A stretch of 33,859 bases of DNA, taken from Gammaproteobacteria bacterium. Lineage in GTDB: Bacteria; Pseudomonadota; Gammaproteobacteria; JBGSLN01. The position numbers were made by a program, and so were the translations under genes. Position 1 is the stretch's first letter. The number at the start of each line of letters is the position of its first letter. The stretch covers positions 1 to 33,859 of the forward strand of contig JBGSLN010000241.1 of assembly GCA_041740675.1 (NCBI GenBank), read 5' to 3'. Positions 1 through 9,079 of this stretch are shown piece after piece. Under the pieces are notes generated by a model. The model did no database searches and had not been told where the DNA came from. It saw only the letters and a list, made by a program, of their open reading frames with translations.

Positions 1-139
1 ATACCATATTTTCACGAGTAATCACTACGGCATTAATAGTTTCTTCTTCAGACACTAATTGCGCAGTCACATCTCCTGAGCCAATATCTTCTGCTAATGC
101 AAGCTTAATTAGTTGCAAAGAATTATCATTGTTTTGCAT
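1..139 (-). CDS. nadC: Quinolinate phosphoribosyltransferase (nicotinate-nucleotide diphosphorylase), N-terminal fragment running off the window
   Basis: Truncated, so absent from the ORF track. The reverse complement from ATG (139..137) reads MQNNDNSLQLIKLALAEDIGSGDVTAQLVSEEETINAVVITRENMV. This matches the conserved NadC N-terminus (AL.EDlG.GDiTa ... vITREnGV). The start overlaps the pssA stop by 14 nt. Confidence 0.75.
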   Translation of the reverse strand, partial: MQNNDNSLQLIKLALAEDIGSGDVTAQLVSEEETINAVVITRENMV

Positions 140-872
140 TAAATTTAGCTCTCTTTTTATAGAAACGCACTAAGACAAAAACAGGACCTGATAATGCAAA
201 TAAACTAAAAATTATCAATAATACTAAAGGAGGATTTAAAGAAATTGCGACAAAAACAAGCACAATAATGAATATATTTAGAAAAGAGGTTTTGCCTTTC
301 AGATCAATTTCTTTGAAGCTTCGATATAAAACATTACTGATCATACATGCTGATAAAGCAAGAGTCACAATTGCTACAGTGATTAAGCTATAAATTGTGT
401 GTTGATAATTATGAAAGTACCATACCATTGAAGCAACGACCGCTGCAGCTGGAGTACAAGCTAACCCAATAAAATATCTTTTATCGGTCTCCCCTGTTTG
501 GACATTAAACCGAGCTAAGCGCAATGCAACACATGCGGCATAAAGAAAAGCAATTAACCATCCTAACTTTCCCAAATCTTTCAAGGACCAGCTAAACAGT
601 ACTAGAGCAGGCGCAATGCCAAAAGAAACCATATCACTTAAACTATCATATTGCACACCAAAATCTGTACTCGCATGCAATAGTCGAGCAACTCTTCCAT
701 CTAAAGTATCCGCTATCATTGCAATAAACATGGCTATCGCGGCAATATCAAAAAACCCTTGCATTGCGGAAACAATGGCATAGAATCCTGCGAACAATCC
801 CGCTGTGGTTAATAAGTTTGGTAATAAATAGATACCTCGCTTGCGAACAACTTGCATTCGTTCTTGATGCAT
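126..872 (-). CDS. pssA: CDP-diacylglycerol--serine O-phosphatidyltransferase (CDP-alcohol phosphatidyltransferase family)
   Basis: CDP-alcohol transferase motif D-x2-DG-x2-AR...G...D-x3-D is present in ADTLDGRVARLLHASTDFGVQYDSLSDMVSFG, and the protein is multi-TM. The track ORF starts at a TTG (941). I prefer ATG at 872 (MHQERMQVVRKRGIYLLPNLLT), which is preceded by AGGGGG 6 nt upstream. Confidence 0.85.
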   Translation of the reverse strand: MHQERMQVVRKRGIYLLPNLLTTAGLFAGFYAIVSAMQGFFDIAAIAMFIAMIADTLDGRVARLLHASTDFGVQYDSLSDMVSFGIAPALVLFSWSLKDLGKLGWLIAFLYAACVALRLARFNVQTGETDKRYFIGLACTPAAAVVASMVWYFHNYQHTIYSLITVAIVTLALSACMISNVLYRSFKEIDLKGKTSFLNIFIIVLVFVAISLNPPLVLLIIFSLFALSGPVFVLVRFYKKRAKFNAKQ

Positions 873-1109
873 GACCTGCCCCCTAAGTAAATTCTGGCCA
901 GAGAAATTTTGATGATTAAAATTCCCCGTGGCAAACCACAAGAAATAAATTATAACTGATAAAGTTTACCTTTCCTATGACTATACTTAAACAAAATGCA
1001 AATGCCGCTTTTTAAATTATTGGGAATATTCTTTATTTTTTACATTGCATCTTCATTTTGTTTAGATATAAGAGGTATAATTAATATAATATGTTTGTTG
1101 AAATTAATT

Positions 1110-1421
1110 ATGACAGATTCAAAAAAGACAAAAATCATTATTGAAGGTATTACTGAATCCGGTGAACAATTTCGCCCTTCAAATTGGGCGGAACGAATGA
1201 GTGGTTCTCTTTCAACATTTCGAAATCGACGAATTTTATATTCTCCAATGCTTCAACCGGTTTATAAAGATGGCTATAATTGTGTTGCATTAGATCCGAC
1301 GTTAAAAGAAACCAATCCTGAACTTTATCAATCAATCCTTGATTTTGCCGAAAAAAATCATTTGCGCATTTGCGCCGAAGATGAAAAAAAGACTGATCAA
1401 GACGATGATGCTAAGAGATAA
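1110..1421 (+). CDS. DUF3579-family protein
   Basis: MTDSKKTKIIIEGITESGEQFRPSNWAERMSG... resembles the DUF3579 signature (G.t..G..FRPS.WAERL). The upstream 38 codons of the track ORF are hydrophobic and AT-rich and are probably not translated. The start is uncertain because no clear SD is present. Confidence 0.6.
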   Translation: MTDSKKTKIIIEGITESGEQFRPSNWAERMSGSLSTFRNRRILYSPMLQPVYKDGYNCVALDPTLKETNPELYQSILDFAEKNHLRICAEDEKKTDQDDDAKR

Positions 1422-1693
1422 TTTAGTTTCATTAATAATTCTTCTGAATATGGGATTTCAATTTGTTTAATTCGAGAATTTGTTCCTTTTAATATAATTA
1501 TCTCAGACTTTCGTAATTTCAGTAGATCTCTAAATAACCACTCAAGTGCTTGATTAGCTTTTCCATCAACCGGAGGCGCTTTTAAAGAAACCAATAAGGC
1601 ATTTTGATAGAGGCCTAAAATACATGAAGTTTTAGCATTGGGTTTTGCCAAAACTCTTAACAATAATTTATTACCTTTTATACGATAGTACAT
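1397..1693 (-). CDS. yggU: YggU/DUF167 family protein
   Basis: 98 aa. Contains the typical DUF167 pattern: LRVLAKPNAKTS..., SLKAPPVDGKANQAL..., and SEIIILKGTNSRIKQIEI. The 3' end overlaps the convergent DUF3579 gene by 25 nt. Confidence 0.8.
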   Translation of the reverse strand: MYYRIKGNKLLLRVLAKPNAKTSCILGLYQNALLVSLKAPPVDGKANQALEWLFRDLLKLRKSEIIILKGTNSRIKQIEIPYSEELLMKLNYLLASSS

Positions 1694-1841
1694 ATTATTA
1701 AACTAAAGCCCATCTTAGGATTGCGCTAAATCTAGCTAATAATAACAATTGGATTCATTAAAAACTAATGTTTTACTCATATCATATTGGATTATCTCAA
1801 AAATTAAGCTATCCTTTATGAAAAAAATGGAGACTACCTTT

Positions 1842-2849
1842 ATGACAATAAACTTGACCCGAATTGCAACCGCTGTATCTTTAATTGCTGGTTTATCTTT
1901 CTCTCTAGCTTTTGGAGCGCCATCAACAGAGGCACCTGCAGCTCAAAACACCCCGGCAACAACCAGCACAGCAACTCCTGCTGCTACGCAAACTGGTTCA
2001 ACTTCAATTAACACAGCAGCTCCAACAAGCAATGCTACAATCCCTGCTGCGACACAAATTGGCACAGCTTCAACGACGAGTACTACTCCCCCAAATAGCA
2101 CAGGAACATCTACTGGAACTCAAGCAACTAGCCCATCTACTAATCCAACAAAAATTTATGTAAGTCCTTCAAGTTCTACCAATAGTGCAAGTACTACCAA
2201 TTCAGTTAATGGTGCCCCAGTTGTTAATGGTGCTCAAACTAATGGAACGCCTATGGGGGGTACTCAAACTAATAGTACAACAGCTACAACAACTGATAAT
2301 TCTGGCACGAATACCCAATCTGCTGCTAGTACTGCAATGCCACCCGCTAACGGCACGGCAACAACGGCAGGCACAGTAACCACCAGCCCTGTTCAACAAC
2401 AAACTGCTGTTATCCCACAAGCAAATTTGATTGATTTTTCGCAAAAAGCTGCTGTTGTCACTTTTACCTATAATTATCAAAACTACAAACAAAACTTACA
2501 AGCCATGCAATCTTATTTTACTAAAGTAGGTTGGGATTCTTTTAATAAAGCATTAACTGCTTCTAATAATTTAGATGTAGTTCAAAAAGAAAAACTATCC
2601 GTGAGCGCTACTTTAAATGGCCAAGCTGAAGTAACACAACACCAACAAACAGCAATAGGACAAACTTGGCAAGTTAATGTTCCAATTATTGTTACCTATC
2701 AAAATGACAAAAAGCAAACGGTACAACAAGACTTAACAGTCAAATTGTCAATTGCTACAGTAAATACTAATGAAAATGCGAACGGTATTGGTATTACTCA
2801 ATTTATTGCCATGCCAAATGTAGCCCCAGCTACTACGCCAGCTTCTTAA
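1842..2849 (+). CDS. Secreted or membrane-anchored protein with a Thr/Ser/Ala/Pro/Asn-rich mucin-like spacer and a DotI/IcmL-like (VirB8-fold) C-terminal domain
   Basis: Signal-peptide-like N-terminus MTINLTRIATAVSLIAGLSFSLAFG|AP, with GGAG 9 nt upstream of ATG 1842 (alternative in-frame ATGs at 1818 and 1827). About 160 aa of low complexity follow. The C-terminal ~150 aa (DFSQKAAVVTFTYNYQNYKQNLQAMQSYFTKVGWDSFNKAL...WQVNVPIIVTYQ...NANGIGITQFIA) resemble my memory of the IcmL/DotI/TraM family. The domain call is unverified. Confidence 0.7.
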   Translation: MTINLTRIATAVSLIAGLSFSLAFGAPSTEAPAAQNTPATTSTATPAATQTGSTSINTAAPTSNATIPAATQIGTASTTSTTPPNSTGTSTGTQATSPSTNPTKIYVSPSSSTNSASTTNSVNGAPVVNGAQTNGTPMGGTQTNSTTATTTDNSGTNTQSAASTAMPPANGTATTAGTVTTSPVQQQTAVIPQANLIDFSQKAAVVTFTYNYQNYKQNLQAMQSYFTKVGWDSFNKALTASNNLDVVQKEKLSVSATLNGQAEVTQHQQTAIGQTWQVNVPIIVTYQNDKKQTVQQDLTVKLSIATVNTNENANGIGITQFIAMPNVAPATTPAS

Positions 2850-2878
2850 TGAATTTATTTATTGAGTTATTAAAAAAA

Positions 2879-2903
2879 GCCGGCAAAAGCCGGCTTTTTT
2901 TTT
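2879..2903 (+). terminator. Rho-independent terminator
   Basis: GCCGGC-AAAA-GCCGGC perfect hairpin followed by T9, 30 nt after the stop of the preceding gene. Confidence 0.85.
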
Positions 2904-3023
2904 GACTGCATAATTCAACTCAGATAAAATATTCCTAATTCAATTATCGAGTAATCTGCCAATGAACAATTAAAGTTTTTCCAGGCCCGCTTATAGCGGT
3001 ACTTCTTTACCCGGAGAACTTTT

Positions 3024-4631
3024 ATGGCAGCATTACTGCATGCAATTCAGTTACAAAACATTTCCTATAAACTCCCTAATGGACAGTTTCTTTTTGAAAA
3101 TATCAATTTAACTATTCCTCAAGAAAAAATCGGTATTATTGGGCGTAATGGAACTGGTAAAACCACCCTTTGTAAATTACTAAATAATGAGTTAATAGCC
3201 AATTCTGGCCAGATCATTAAACATAATTTACATATAGTTGCTTGCCCACAATCCCACGATTTTTTTCTACCAAAAACTGTTGCTGAGATTTTAGAGATTC
3301 AAGATAAGTTTCTTGCTTATAAAAATATTTTAAAGGGTGACCTCTCAGAAAAAAATTATGAAACACTCAATGAAGATTGGGATTTTTTGAAAAGGATACA
3401 AAATCAACTAGCAAATTTTGGTTTAAAAAACATTGTTCTCGAGAAATCTTTTGTTGAATTAAGCGGTGGTCAACGTACCGCACTCTTATTAGCAAAATAT
3501 TTTTATACGTACTCAGATTTTTTATTATTAGATGAACCGACTAATAATTTAGATACCTCTACACGCAATCACCTTTATCAGGCTATTCAACAAACAACTC
3601 AAGGTTTATTAATCATTAGTCATGATCGGCAATTGCTAGAATTAATGGATAGAATTATTGAGGTTACCAGTATTGGCATTAACATTTATGGTGGCAATTA
3701 CAGCGCTTATAAACAACAAAAAGCTTCAATGTCTGCTGCGGCATTGCATGAATATGAAGATGCAAAAAAACTCATCACAAAAACAAAGCAAAATATTCAA
3801 ACGAATCGCGAACGCCATGAGCAGAAACAAGCTTATGGTAGGCAGTTACGCAGAGAACGTGCATTACCAAAAATTGTGTTAAATGGTATGAAAGGACGAA
3901 GTGAACGAACCCAAAGTGATTTATTAATTAAAAGCACCCGGTTAATAAAACATGCTAAAGAAATCATGACCAAGGCTAAGGAAAAAATTGAGATCTTACA
4001 TGAATTTAAGTTTGATCTTTCGCGAACCTTTGTTCCTAGAACAAAATTAGTGTTTTCCATGGAAAATATTTACTTCAATTATCAAGTAAAAAACCCATTA
4101 ATCCAAAACTTTAACTATTCTATGTTTGGTCCTAAAAGAATTGCTATTGTTGGAGACAATGGATCAGGTAAAAGTACTTTAATAAAATTGCTTATAGGTG
4201 AATTAATTCCGAATAATGGTACGGTTTTGCTGGGAATAAATCAGTTTAATTATTTAGATCAACACTGCTCACAATTGAATTTTGAGCTTTCAATTTTAGA
4301 TAATTTTTTACAACATAATCCTGATTACTCTAGTAGAGATGCTCATTTTGTACTGGCCACGTTCTTATTTCGAAACAAAGATGCAGAAAAATTGGTAAAG
4401 CAGTTAAGTGGAGGGGAAAAATTACGGGCATTGCTCGCCTGTATTTTATTTTCAAAAACACCACCTCAATTGTTAATTTTGGATGAGCTCACTAATCATT
4501 TAGATCTTGAAAGTATTGAAAGCATAGAAAATGCTTTAAAATTATTTGAGGGCGCGATGATTTTAATCAGTCATGATAGATGCTTTTTAGAAAATTGTGG
4601 GGTGAGTGAGTATATAGTACTCGCGGATTAG
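3024..4631 (+). CDS. ABC-F family ATPase (two tandem ABC domains, no transmembrane domain)
   Basis: NBD1 has GRNGTGKTT, LSGGQRT and LLLDEPTNNLD. A charged ~90-aa inter-domain linker follows. NBD2 has GDNGSGKST, LSGGEKL and LILDELTNHLD, where DELT replaces the usual DEPT. The subfamily (housekeeping versus antibiotic-resistance ABC-F) cannot be assigned by eye. Confidence 0.9.
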   Translation: MAALLHAIQLQNISYKLPNGQFLFENINLTIPQEKIGIIGRNGTGKTTLCKLLNNELIANSGQIIKHNLHIVACPQSHDFFLPKTVAEILEIQDKFLAYKNILKGDLSEKNYETLNEDWDFLKRIQNQLANFGLKNIVLEKSFVELSGGQRTALLLAKYFYTYSDFLLLDEPTNNLDTSTRNHLYQAIQQTTQGLLIISHDRQLLELMDRIIEVTSIGINIYGGNYSAYKQQKASMSAAALHEYEDAKKLITKTKQNIQTNRERHEQKQAYGRQLRRERALPKIVLNGMKGRSERTQSDLLIKSTRLIKHAKEIMTKAKEKIEILHEFKFDLSRTFVPRTKLVFSMENIYFNYQVKNPLIQNFNYSMFGPKRIAIVGDNGSGKSTLIKLLIGELIPNNGTVLLGINQFNYLDQHCSQLNFELSILDNFLQHNPDYSSRDAHFVLATFLFRNKDAEKLVKQLSGGEKLRALLACILFSKTPPQLLILDELTNHLDLESIESIENALKLFEGAMILISHDRCFLENCGVSEYIVLAD

Positions 4632-4650
4632 ATTGCGGTTTTCAGTAGAG

Positions 4651-4683
4651 TGTAGTTCGCGCGAATTCGGGCTACATTTTCTC
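4651..4683 (+). terminator. Probable intrinsic terminator of the ABC-F gene
   Basis: TGTAGTTCG...CGGGCTACA stem (about 9 bp including 2 G-U pairs) followed by TTTTCTC. It is a GC-rich patch in AT-rich spacer. Confidence 0.55.
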
Positions 4684-4696
4684 TGCTTCTGTTGAC

Positions 4697-4963
4697 TTAC
4701 TTAAAAGTTTTGTTATAAAAATAGTACTGAATTGCTTTCACCAAACCAAAAAAACTTATAAAGATCCAAGATACTTCAATAACTAAGGAAGAAAGGTTCC
4801 AATAATATAATAGTGAAATTGTAATTAATGTAGAACCAACCAAATTTAATAAAGAAAAAGGAATTGCCTTTGGATCAATTTTACGAATTTGTAATAATGT
4901 ATAGGCGAAGAGTGTTAACCCCACGCCTATGAGCCCAAGAAAGTTAGGAATATCAAATTTCAT
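4697..4963 (-). CDS. Small 3-TM membrane protein (PQ-loop / LAB_N / SemiSWEET-like topology)
   Basis: 88 aa with three hydrophobic helices. The pattern G..l..f..LLQIRK....iPfSllnlvGS.l...lly resembles PQ-loop or lipid-A-biosynthesis N-terminal-domain proteins. The start ATG overlaps the htpG stop (TAATG). Confidence 0.6.
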   Translation of the reverse strand: MKFDIPNFLGLIGVGLTLFAYTLLQIRKIDPKAIPFSLLNLVGSTLITISLLYYWNLSSLVIEVSWIFISFFGLVKAIQYYFYNKTFK

Positions 4964-6864
4964 TATGCAGATAATTCTAATAGTAACTTATTCACCCGAC
5001 GAATAAATTGAGCTGGATCCTCTAAATGTCCACCTTCAGCTAAAATTGATTGCTCTAATAACATATGGCTAATTTCGTTAAATCGTTCAGTATCAGCTTC
5101 ATCTTTCAAAGAAATCACTATAGGGTGCTGTGGGTTTAATTCCAACACAGGTTTGGTTTCAGGCACATTCTGCCCTGCCGCTTTCAACATACGTTGCATA
5201 TATCCTCCTAGCTCATTGTCACCAACGACGATGCACGCCGGAGAATCTGTTAGGCGATGTGTAATATGCACATCAGAAACTTTGGTACTTAAACATTCTT
5301 TAATCTGTTTTATTAAATCAGAAAAATCTTTCTCAACCTGCTTTTGCTGTTCTTTTTCCTTTTCATCCTCAACCTCTCCTAAATCTAAATCTCCTTTAGC
5401 AACTGATTGCAATGGTTTGGCATCAAATTCAGATAAATGAGCTACTAGCCATTCATCAATCCGATCAGACAGTAAAAGAACTTCAATGCCTTTTTTGCGA
5501 AAAATTTCCAAATGTGGGCTGTGTTTAGCGGCATTAAAATTTTCTGCAGTGATAAAGTAAATTTTCTTTTGTCCTTCTTTCATACGACTGATATATTCCG
5601 CAAATGATACAGTTTGCTCGACAGCGTCAGTATGTGTGGAAGAGAACCGTAATAATTTTGCAATTTGTTCACGGTTACTAAAATCCTCAGCAGGACCTTC
5701 TTTTAATATTGCACCAAACTGATTCCAAAATTTTGCATACTTTTCTTTGTCTTCTGCTAACTCTTCCAACATAGCTAAAGAGCGTTTTACTACTGCTGTT
5801 TTGATGGTTTCAACAGTTTTGTTAGTCTGCAATATTTCTCTAGAAATATTCAACGGCAAGTCATTTGAGTCAACAATACCTTTTACAAATCGTAAATACG
5901 ATGGTAAAAAAATTTCAGCATTGTCCATGATAAAAACACGTTGCACATAGAGTTTTAAGCCATGAGGTTTTTCACGATTCCACAAATCAAATGGAGCAGA
6001 ACTTGGTAAATACAATAATGTGATATATTCTAATTTTCCTTCAACTTTATTGTGACTCCACAATAAGGGCTCATCAAACGCATGAGAAATATGCTTGTAT
6101 AAGTCTTTATATTCTTCTTCTTTAATTTTGTTTTTTGGCAAAGTCCACAGTGCTGTAGCTTTATTTACGGTTTCTAATTCTGATTTTGTAAGTTCTTTTC
6201 CTTCTTCTTCAGGCTGATATTTTTCCATTAGCACTGGTAAAGGGATATGATCTGAATAACGATTGATGATAGAACGTAACCGCCATGGTTCTAAAAATTC
6301 TTCTTCACCTTCTTTAACATGCAAAATAATTACCGTACCACGTTGTGGTTTTTCTATGTTTTCAATTTCATAATCGCCTTCACCCTTTGAATGCCAACGC
6401 ACACCTTGATTTGCTTGCATGCCACCGCGTCGAGTTTCAACTGTAATAGCATCCGCTACTATAAATCCCGAATAAAATCCAACGCCAAATTGGCCAATGA
6501 GTTTAGAATCTTTTGTTTGATCACCGGTAAGTTTTTCAAAAAATGCTTTTGTACCTGACTTTGCAATAGTGCCTAAATTATCCATCACTTCTTGACGCGT
6601 CATGCCAATACCGTTATCAATAATTTTGATTTGTTTTTTAGTCTTATCAATTTCAACAATTACTTTTAAGTCCGCATCCCCTTCATATAAAGCATTGTCT
6701 TTCAGTGCTTCAAATCGTAACTTGTCGGCAGCATCCGATGCATTGGAAATTAACTCCCTTAAAAAGATTTCTTTATTGCTATAAAGTGAATGGATTACTA
6801 TTTTTAATAGTTGCTTTACTTCAGTTTCAAAACCATGCTTTTCTTTTTGGGCAGTAACAGACAT
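4963..6864 (-). CDS. htpG: Molecular chaperone HtpG (Hsp90)
   Basis: 633 aa. Has the GHKL ATPase N-terminus ([35 protein letters not shown]) and is full-length collinear with Hsp90. Confidence 0.97.
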   Translation of the reverse strand: MSVTAQKEKHGFETEVKQLLKIVIHSLYSNKEIFLRELISNASDAADKLRFEALKDNALYEGDADLKVIVEIDKTKKQIKIIDNGIGMTRQEVMDNLGTIAKSGTKAFFEKLTGDQTKDSKLIGQFGVGFYSGFIVADAITVETRRGGMQANQGVRWHSKGEGDYEIENIEKPQRGTVIILHVKEGEEEFLEPWRLRSIINRYSDHIPLPVLMEKYQPEEEGKELTKSELETVNKATALWTLPKNKIKEEEYKDLYKHISHAFDEPLLWSHNKVEGKLEYITLLYLPSSAPFDLWNREKPHGLKLYVQRVFIMDNAEIFLPSYLRFVKGIVDSNDLPLNISREILQTNKTVETIKTAVVKRSLAMLEELAEDKEKYAKFWNQFGAILKEGPAEDFSNREQIAKLLRFSSTHTDAVEQTVSFAEYISRMKEGQKKIYFITAENFNAAKHSPHLEIFRKKGIEVLLLSDRIDEWLVAHLSEFDAKPLQSVAKGDLDLGEVEDEKEKEQQKQVEKDFSDLIKQIKECLSTKVSDVHITHRLTDSPACIVVGDNELGGYMQRMLKAAGQNVPETKPVLELNPQHPIVISLKDEADTERFNEISHMLLEQSILAEGGHLEDPAQFIRRVNKLLLELSA

Positions 6865-6897
6865 GTTAATTGTTCCTCTGATATTTCAATATCTTTT

Positions 6898-6925
6898 ATA
6901 TGAGGCCATTTTATCAAAAATCAAG
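6898..6925 (-). promoter_or_regulatory. Candidate sigma-32 heat-shock promoter of htpG
   Basis: The minus strand reads CTTGATT-N13-CCTCATAT about 33 nt upstream of the htpG ATG. The consensus is CTTGAAA-N13/14-CCCCATnT. Confidence 0.5.
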
Positions 6926-7006
6926 AGCGCTAATTCAACAATTGTGCTTGTTTTTTTAAAATAATAACCCTACTATTTGAATAAAAGATTAATAGGTATA
7001 TTACTC

Positions 7007-7603
7007 ATGGCTAAAGCATATTCATCAATCCCAAGCATTCCATTATCGGCTGGTTGTTCATTCATTCATCCTCCCAAATTACCTGAAGTTGCTCATTTGA
7101 CAGACCCTGCAATTAGCATTTTGACAGATTTTAAAGTGTTTCGACCCATCACTATCTCTCCAGGTGCACCATTATCTGAAGCTGCTATGGAAATGAAAGT
7201 TTGCAATGTGCATATGCTATTAGTTGTCGACACATCACAAAAAATAATTGGTATGATTACCACAGAAGATTTGCTAGGCGAAAAACCACTAAAAGTTGCT
7301 ATGAGTCGACAAATTAAACGCTCTGAAGTATTAGTGCGGATGGTAATGATCCAGCAAGAAAAAATTGCGGCTTTTAATGTAAATGACTTAAAACATGCTA
7401 AAATTGGTAACATCGTTGAAACTCTACATGCCTTAAACCAACATTATGGATTAGTGGTCGAAATCAATCAGGATTCCGGAGATCAAGAAGTTCGCGGTAT
7501 TTTTTCTCTTTGGGAAATCAGTCGTCGCGTTGGTGAAGACTTAACTTATCATGTGTCGGAAGCTCACTCGTTGATAGAATTGCAGCGCGATTTAGAAGGA
7601 TAA
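7007..7603 (+). CDS. CBS-domain pair protein
   Basis: Two CBS-like repeats are present (HMLLVVDTSQKIIGMITTEDLL and HYGLVVEINQDSGDQEVRGIFSLWEI). ATG 7007 is preferred over the TTG at 6977 used by the track. Confidence 0.75.
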   Translation: MAKAYSSIPSIPLSAGCSFIHPPKLPEVAHLTDPAISILTDFKVFRPITISPGAPLSEAAMEMKVCNVHMLLVVDTSQKIIGMITTEDLLGEKPLKVAMSRQIKRSEVLVRMVMIQQEKIAAFNVNDLKHAKIGNIVETLHALNQHYGLVVEINQDSGDQEVRGIFSLWEISRRVGEDLTYHVSEAHSLIELQRDLEG

Positions 7604-7612
7604 TAAGCACTA

Positions 7613-7757
7613 AGAGCCTGTTGTCAAATTAATATTTTTGTTCAAAGACACGGAAAAAATGATGAGAAAAGCGGAGTTTACACGTTAGTAAATGAGCATT
7701 TTTGAGTCATTTTTAACGTAGTATTTGGACAAAAGATAATTTGACAACAGGTTCTAA
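7613..7757. repeat. Long imperfect palindrome (~38-nt arms, ~70-nt partly self-complementary centre) between convergent genes
   Basis: Left arm AGAGCCTGTTGTCAAATTAATATTTTTGTTCAAAGAC. The reverse complement of the right arm is AGAACCTGTTGTCAAATTATCTTTTGTCCAAATAC. The first 19 nt match 18/19 and a later TTTTGT(T/C)CAAA(G/T)AC block matches 12/14. An inner AAAAATGA/TCATTTTT pair is also present. The right arm overlaps the aminotransferase stop codon. Confidence 0.7.
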
Positions 7758-8923
7758 GCCACTGCTTTGTTCTTCAGGGCTCCTTCCATCTGTATCATTG
7801 CTTGAATTAATTTTTCTTTCTCAAGCGCATAGCAAAAACGTAAAATATTTTTGCCATTTACTGGATTGATATAAAAATAACGTCCAGGTACAGTAGCAAT
7901 TTTTGCTTCTTCTAATAGAAAATTAGCTGCGGCCTGATCATCTGCAAATCCTAGCTCAGAAAAATCAACCAATAAATAATATGCCCCTTGTGGTGCATTC
8001 ACTTTAAAGCCCAGTGAATTTAATTTCGCGACTACAAAATCTCTTTTCTCTAAATAACTTGCGGCCATTTCCGAATAATAATGAGTTGGCATTTTTAATG
8101 CTGCGAGGCCGGCGTGTTGTAATGGTGTATTTGGACAAACATAAATTAGATCTTGCACCAACGCCATTTTTGCAATGATATTTGCAGGCCCACTTGCATA
8201 ACCTAACCGCCATCCAGTCATATTATAGGTTTTTGAAAAACCAGAGATGGTAATAGTACGTTCACGATAATCAGCTAAACTTGCGATAGACGTGTGGTTA
8301 TGACCAGGATAAGAAATATATTCATAAATTTCATCAGTTATGATCCACAAATTATATTTCTTAGCAAACTCACCAAGTTCGATTAATTCTTTTTTTGAAT
8401 ACACTTTTCCTGCTGGATTATTAGGTGTACAAATCACTAATCCTTTAGTTTTAAAATTTACTATCGCTTCTAAATCTTCTAGATTAAAACTTAAATCTTT
8501 TAAATTTAATGGTACTGCTTTTACGTTGATGTCCTTTAATTCAAGAATGTTTTTGTGATAACCATAAAAAGGTTCAAATAAAATAACTTCATCTCCGGGA
8601 TTAAAGAGTGTTTCAGTTGCACAAATAAATGCGCCTGTAGAACCGTGTGTCACAATAATTTCTGTCTTAGCGTCGTAATTAATTTTATTAAAATTTGCAA
8701 TTTTATCAGCAATAGCTTCTCGTAATGAAAGAATGCCTTCGCAGGCTGAATAAATGCTTTTGTTATCAGTAATCGCGGCAAATGCAGATTCTTTAATAGT
8801 TTGCTCTACAGGAATATCACACACACCTTGGCCCAAATTGATCCCTTGAATAGCTGCGCAACGGGTACTAGCTGCACGTATGCCAGATTGTCGTAGATTT
8901 TTGGTAGATTCACTGGTTTTCAT
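7754..8923 (-). CDS. PLP-dependent aminotransferase, class I/II
   Basis: 389 aa. Contains the PLP-lysine motif SGFSKTYNMTGWRLGY, plus NPAGKVYS and TDEIYEY, which are typical of fold-type I aminotransferases. Substrate is unknown. Confidence 0.88.
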   Translation of the reverse strand: MKTSESTKNLRQSGIRAASTRCAAIQGINLGQGVCDIPVEQTIKESAFAAITDNKSIYSACEGILSLREAIADKIANFNKINYDAKTEIIVTHGSTGAFICATETLFNPGDEVILFEPFYGYHKNILELKDINVKAVPLNLKDLSFNLEDLEAIVNFKTKGLVICTPNNPAGKVYSKKELIELGEFAKKYNLWIITDEIYEYISYPGHNHTSIASLADYRERTITISGFSKTYNMTGWRLGYASGPANIIAKMALVQDLIYVCPNTPLQHAGLAALKMPTHYYSEMAASYLEKRDFVVAKLNSLGFKVNAPQGAYYLLVDFSELGFADDQAAANFLLEEAKIATVPGRYFYINPVNGKNILRFCYALEKEKLIQAMIQMEGALKNKAVA

Positions 8924-9079
8924 TAGAAGTCTCGCGTTTCATTTTGATATAAGTAAACAGTGATTTATGATAACATAAAATGAACAATTGTGTGAAAAAC
9001 TCTTTTTGAATTTATTTAACAAATTGATTATGATCACAGAATAAAAAATTACGAAATAAATTTAACAGGCTAAATATTC

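Noticed and set aside
941-996. N-terminal extensions of several track ORFs that use TTG/GTG or far-upstream starts (pssA 941, DUF3579 996, secreted protein 1749, CBS 6977, rpoS 10695, mutT 22679)
   Set aside because: In each case an internal ATG has a better SD or signal-peptide context, and homologous proteins begin near that position. The extensions are AT-rich spacer read-through.
1912-2492. Three nested ORFs (1912..2163 +, 2185..2379 +, 2202..2492 -) inside the Thr/Ser-rich gene
   Set aside because: They lie entirely in the low-complexity ACN/GCN/CAA-rich region. Their translations (Gln/Leu or Cys/Ser strings) are typical out-of-frame artefacts, and none has a start context.
9023-9039. 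Fur-box-like AT-rich near-dyad (ATTGATTATGATCACAG) upstream of the cytochrome b561 gene
   Set aside because: It has only partial similarity to GATAATGATAATCATTATC (one half-site) and is not a true palindrome. It cannot be distinguished from background AT-rich sequence.
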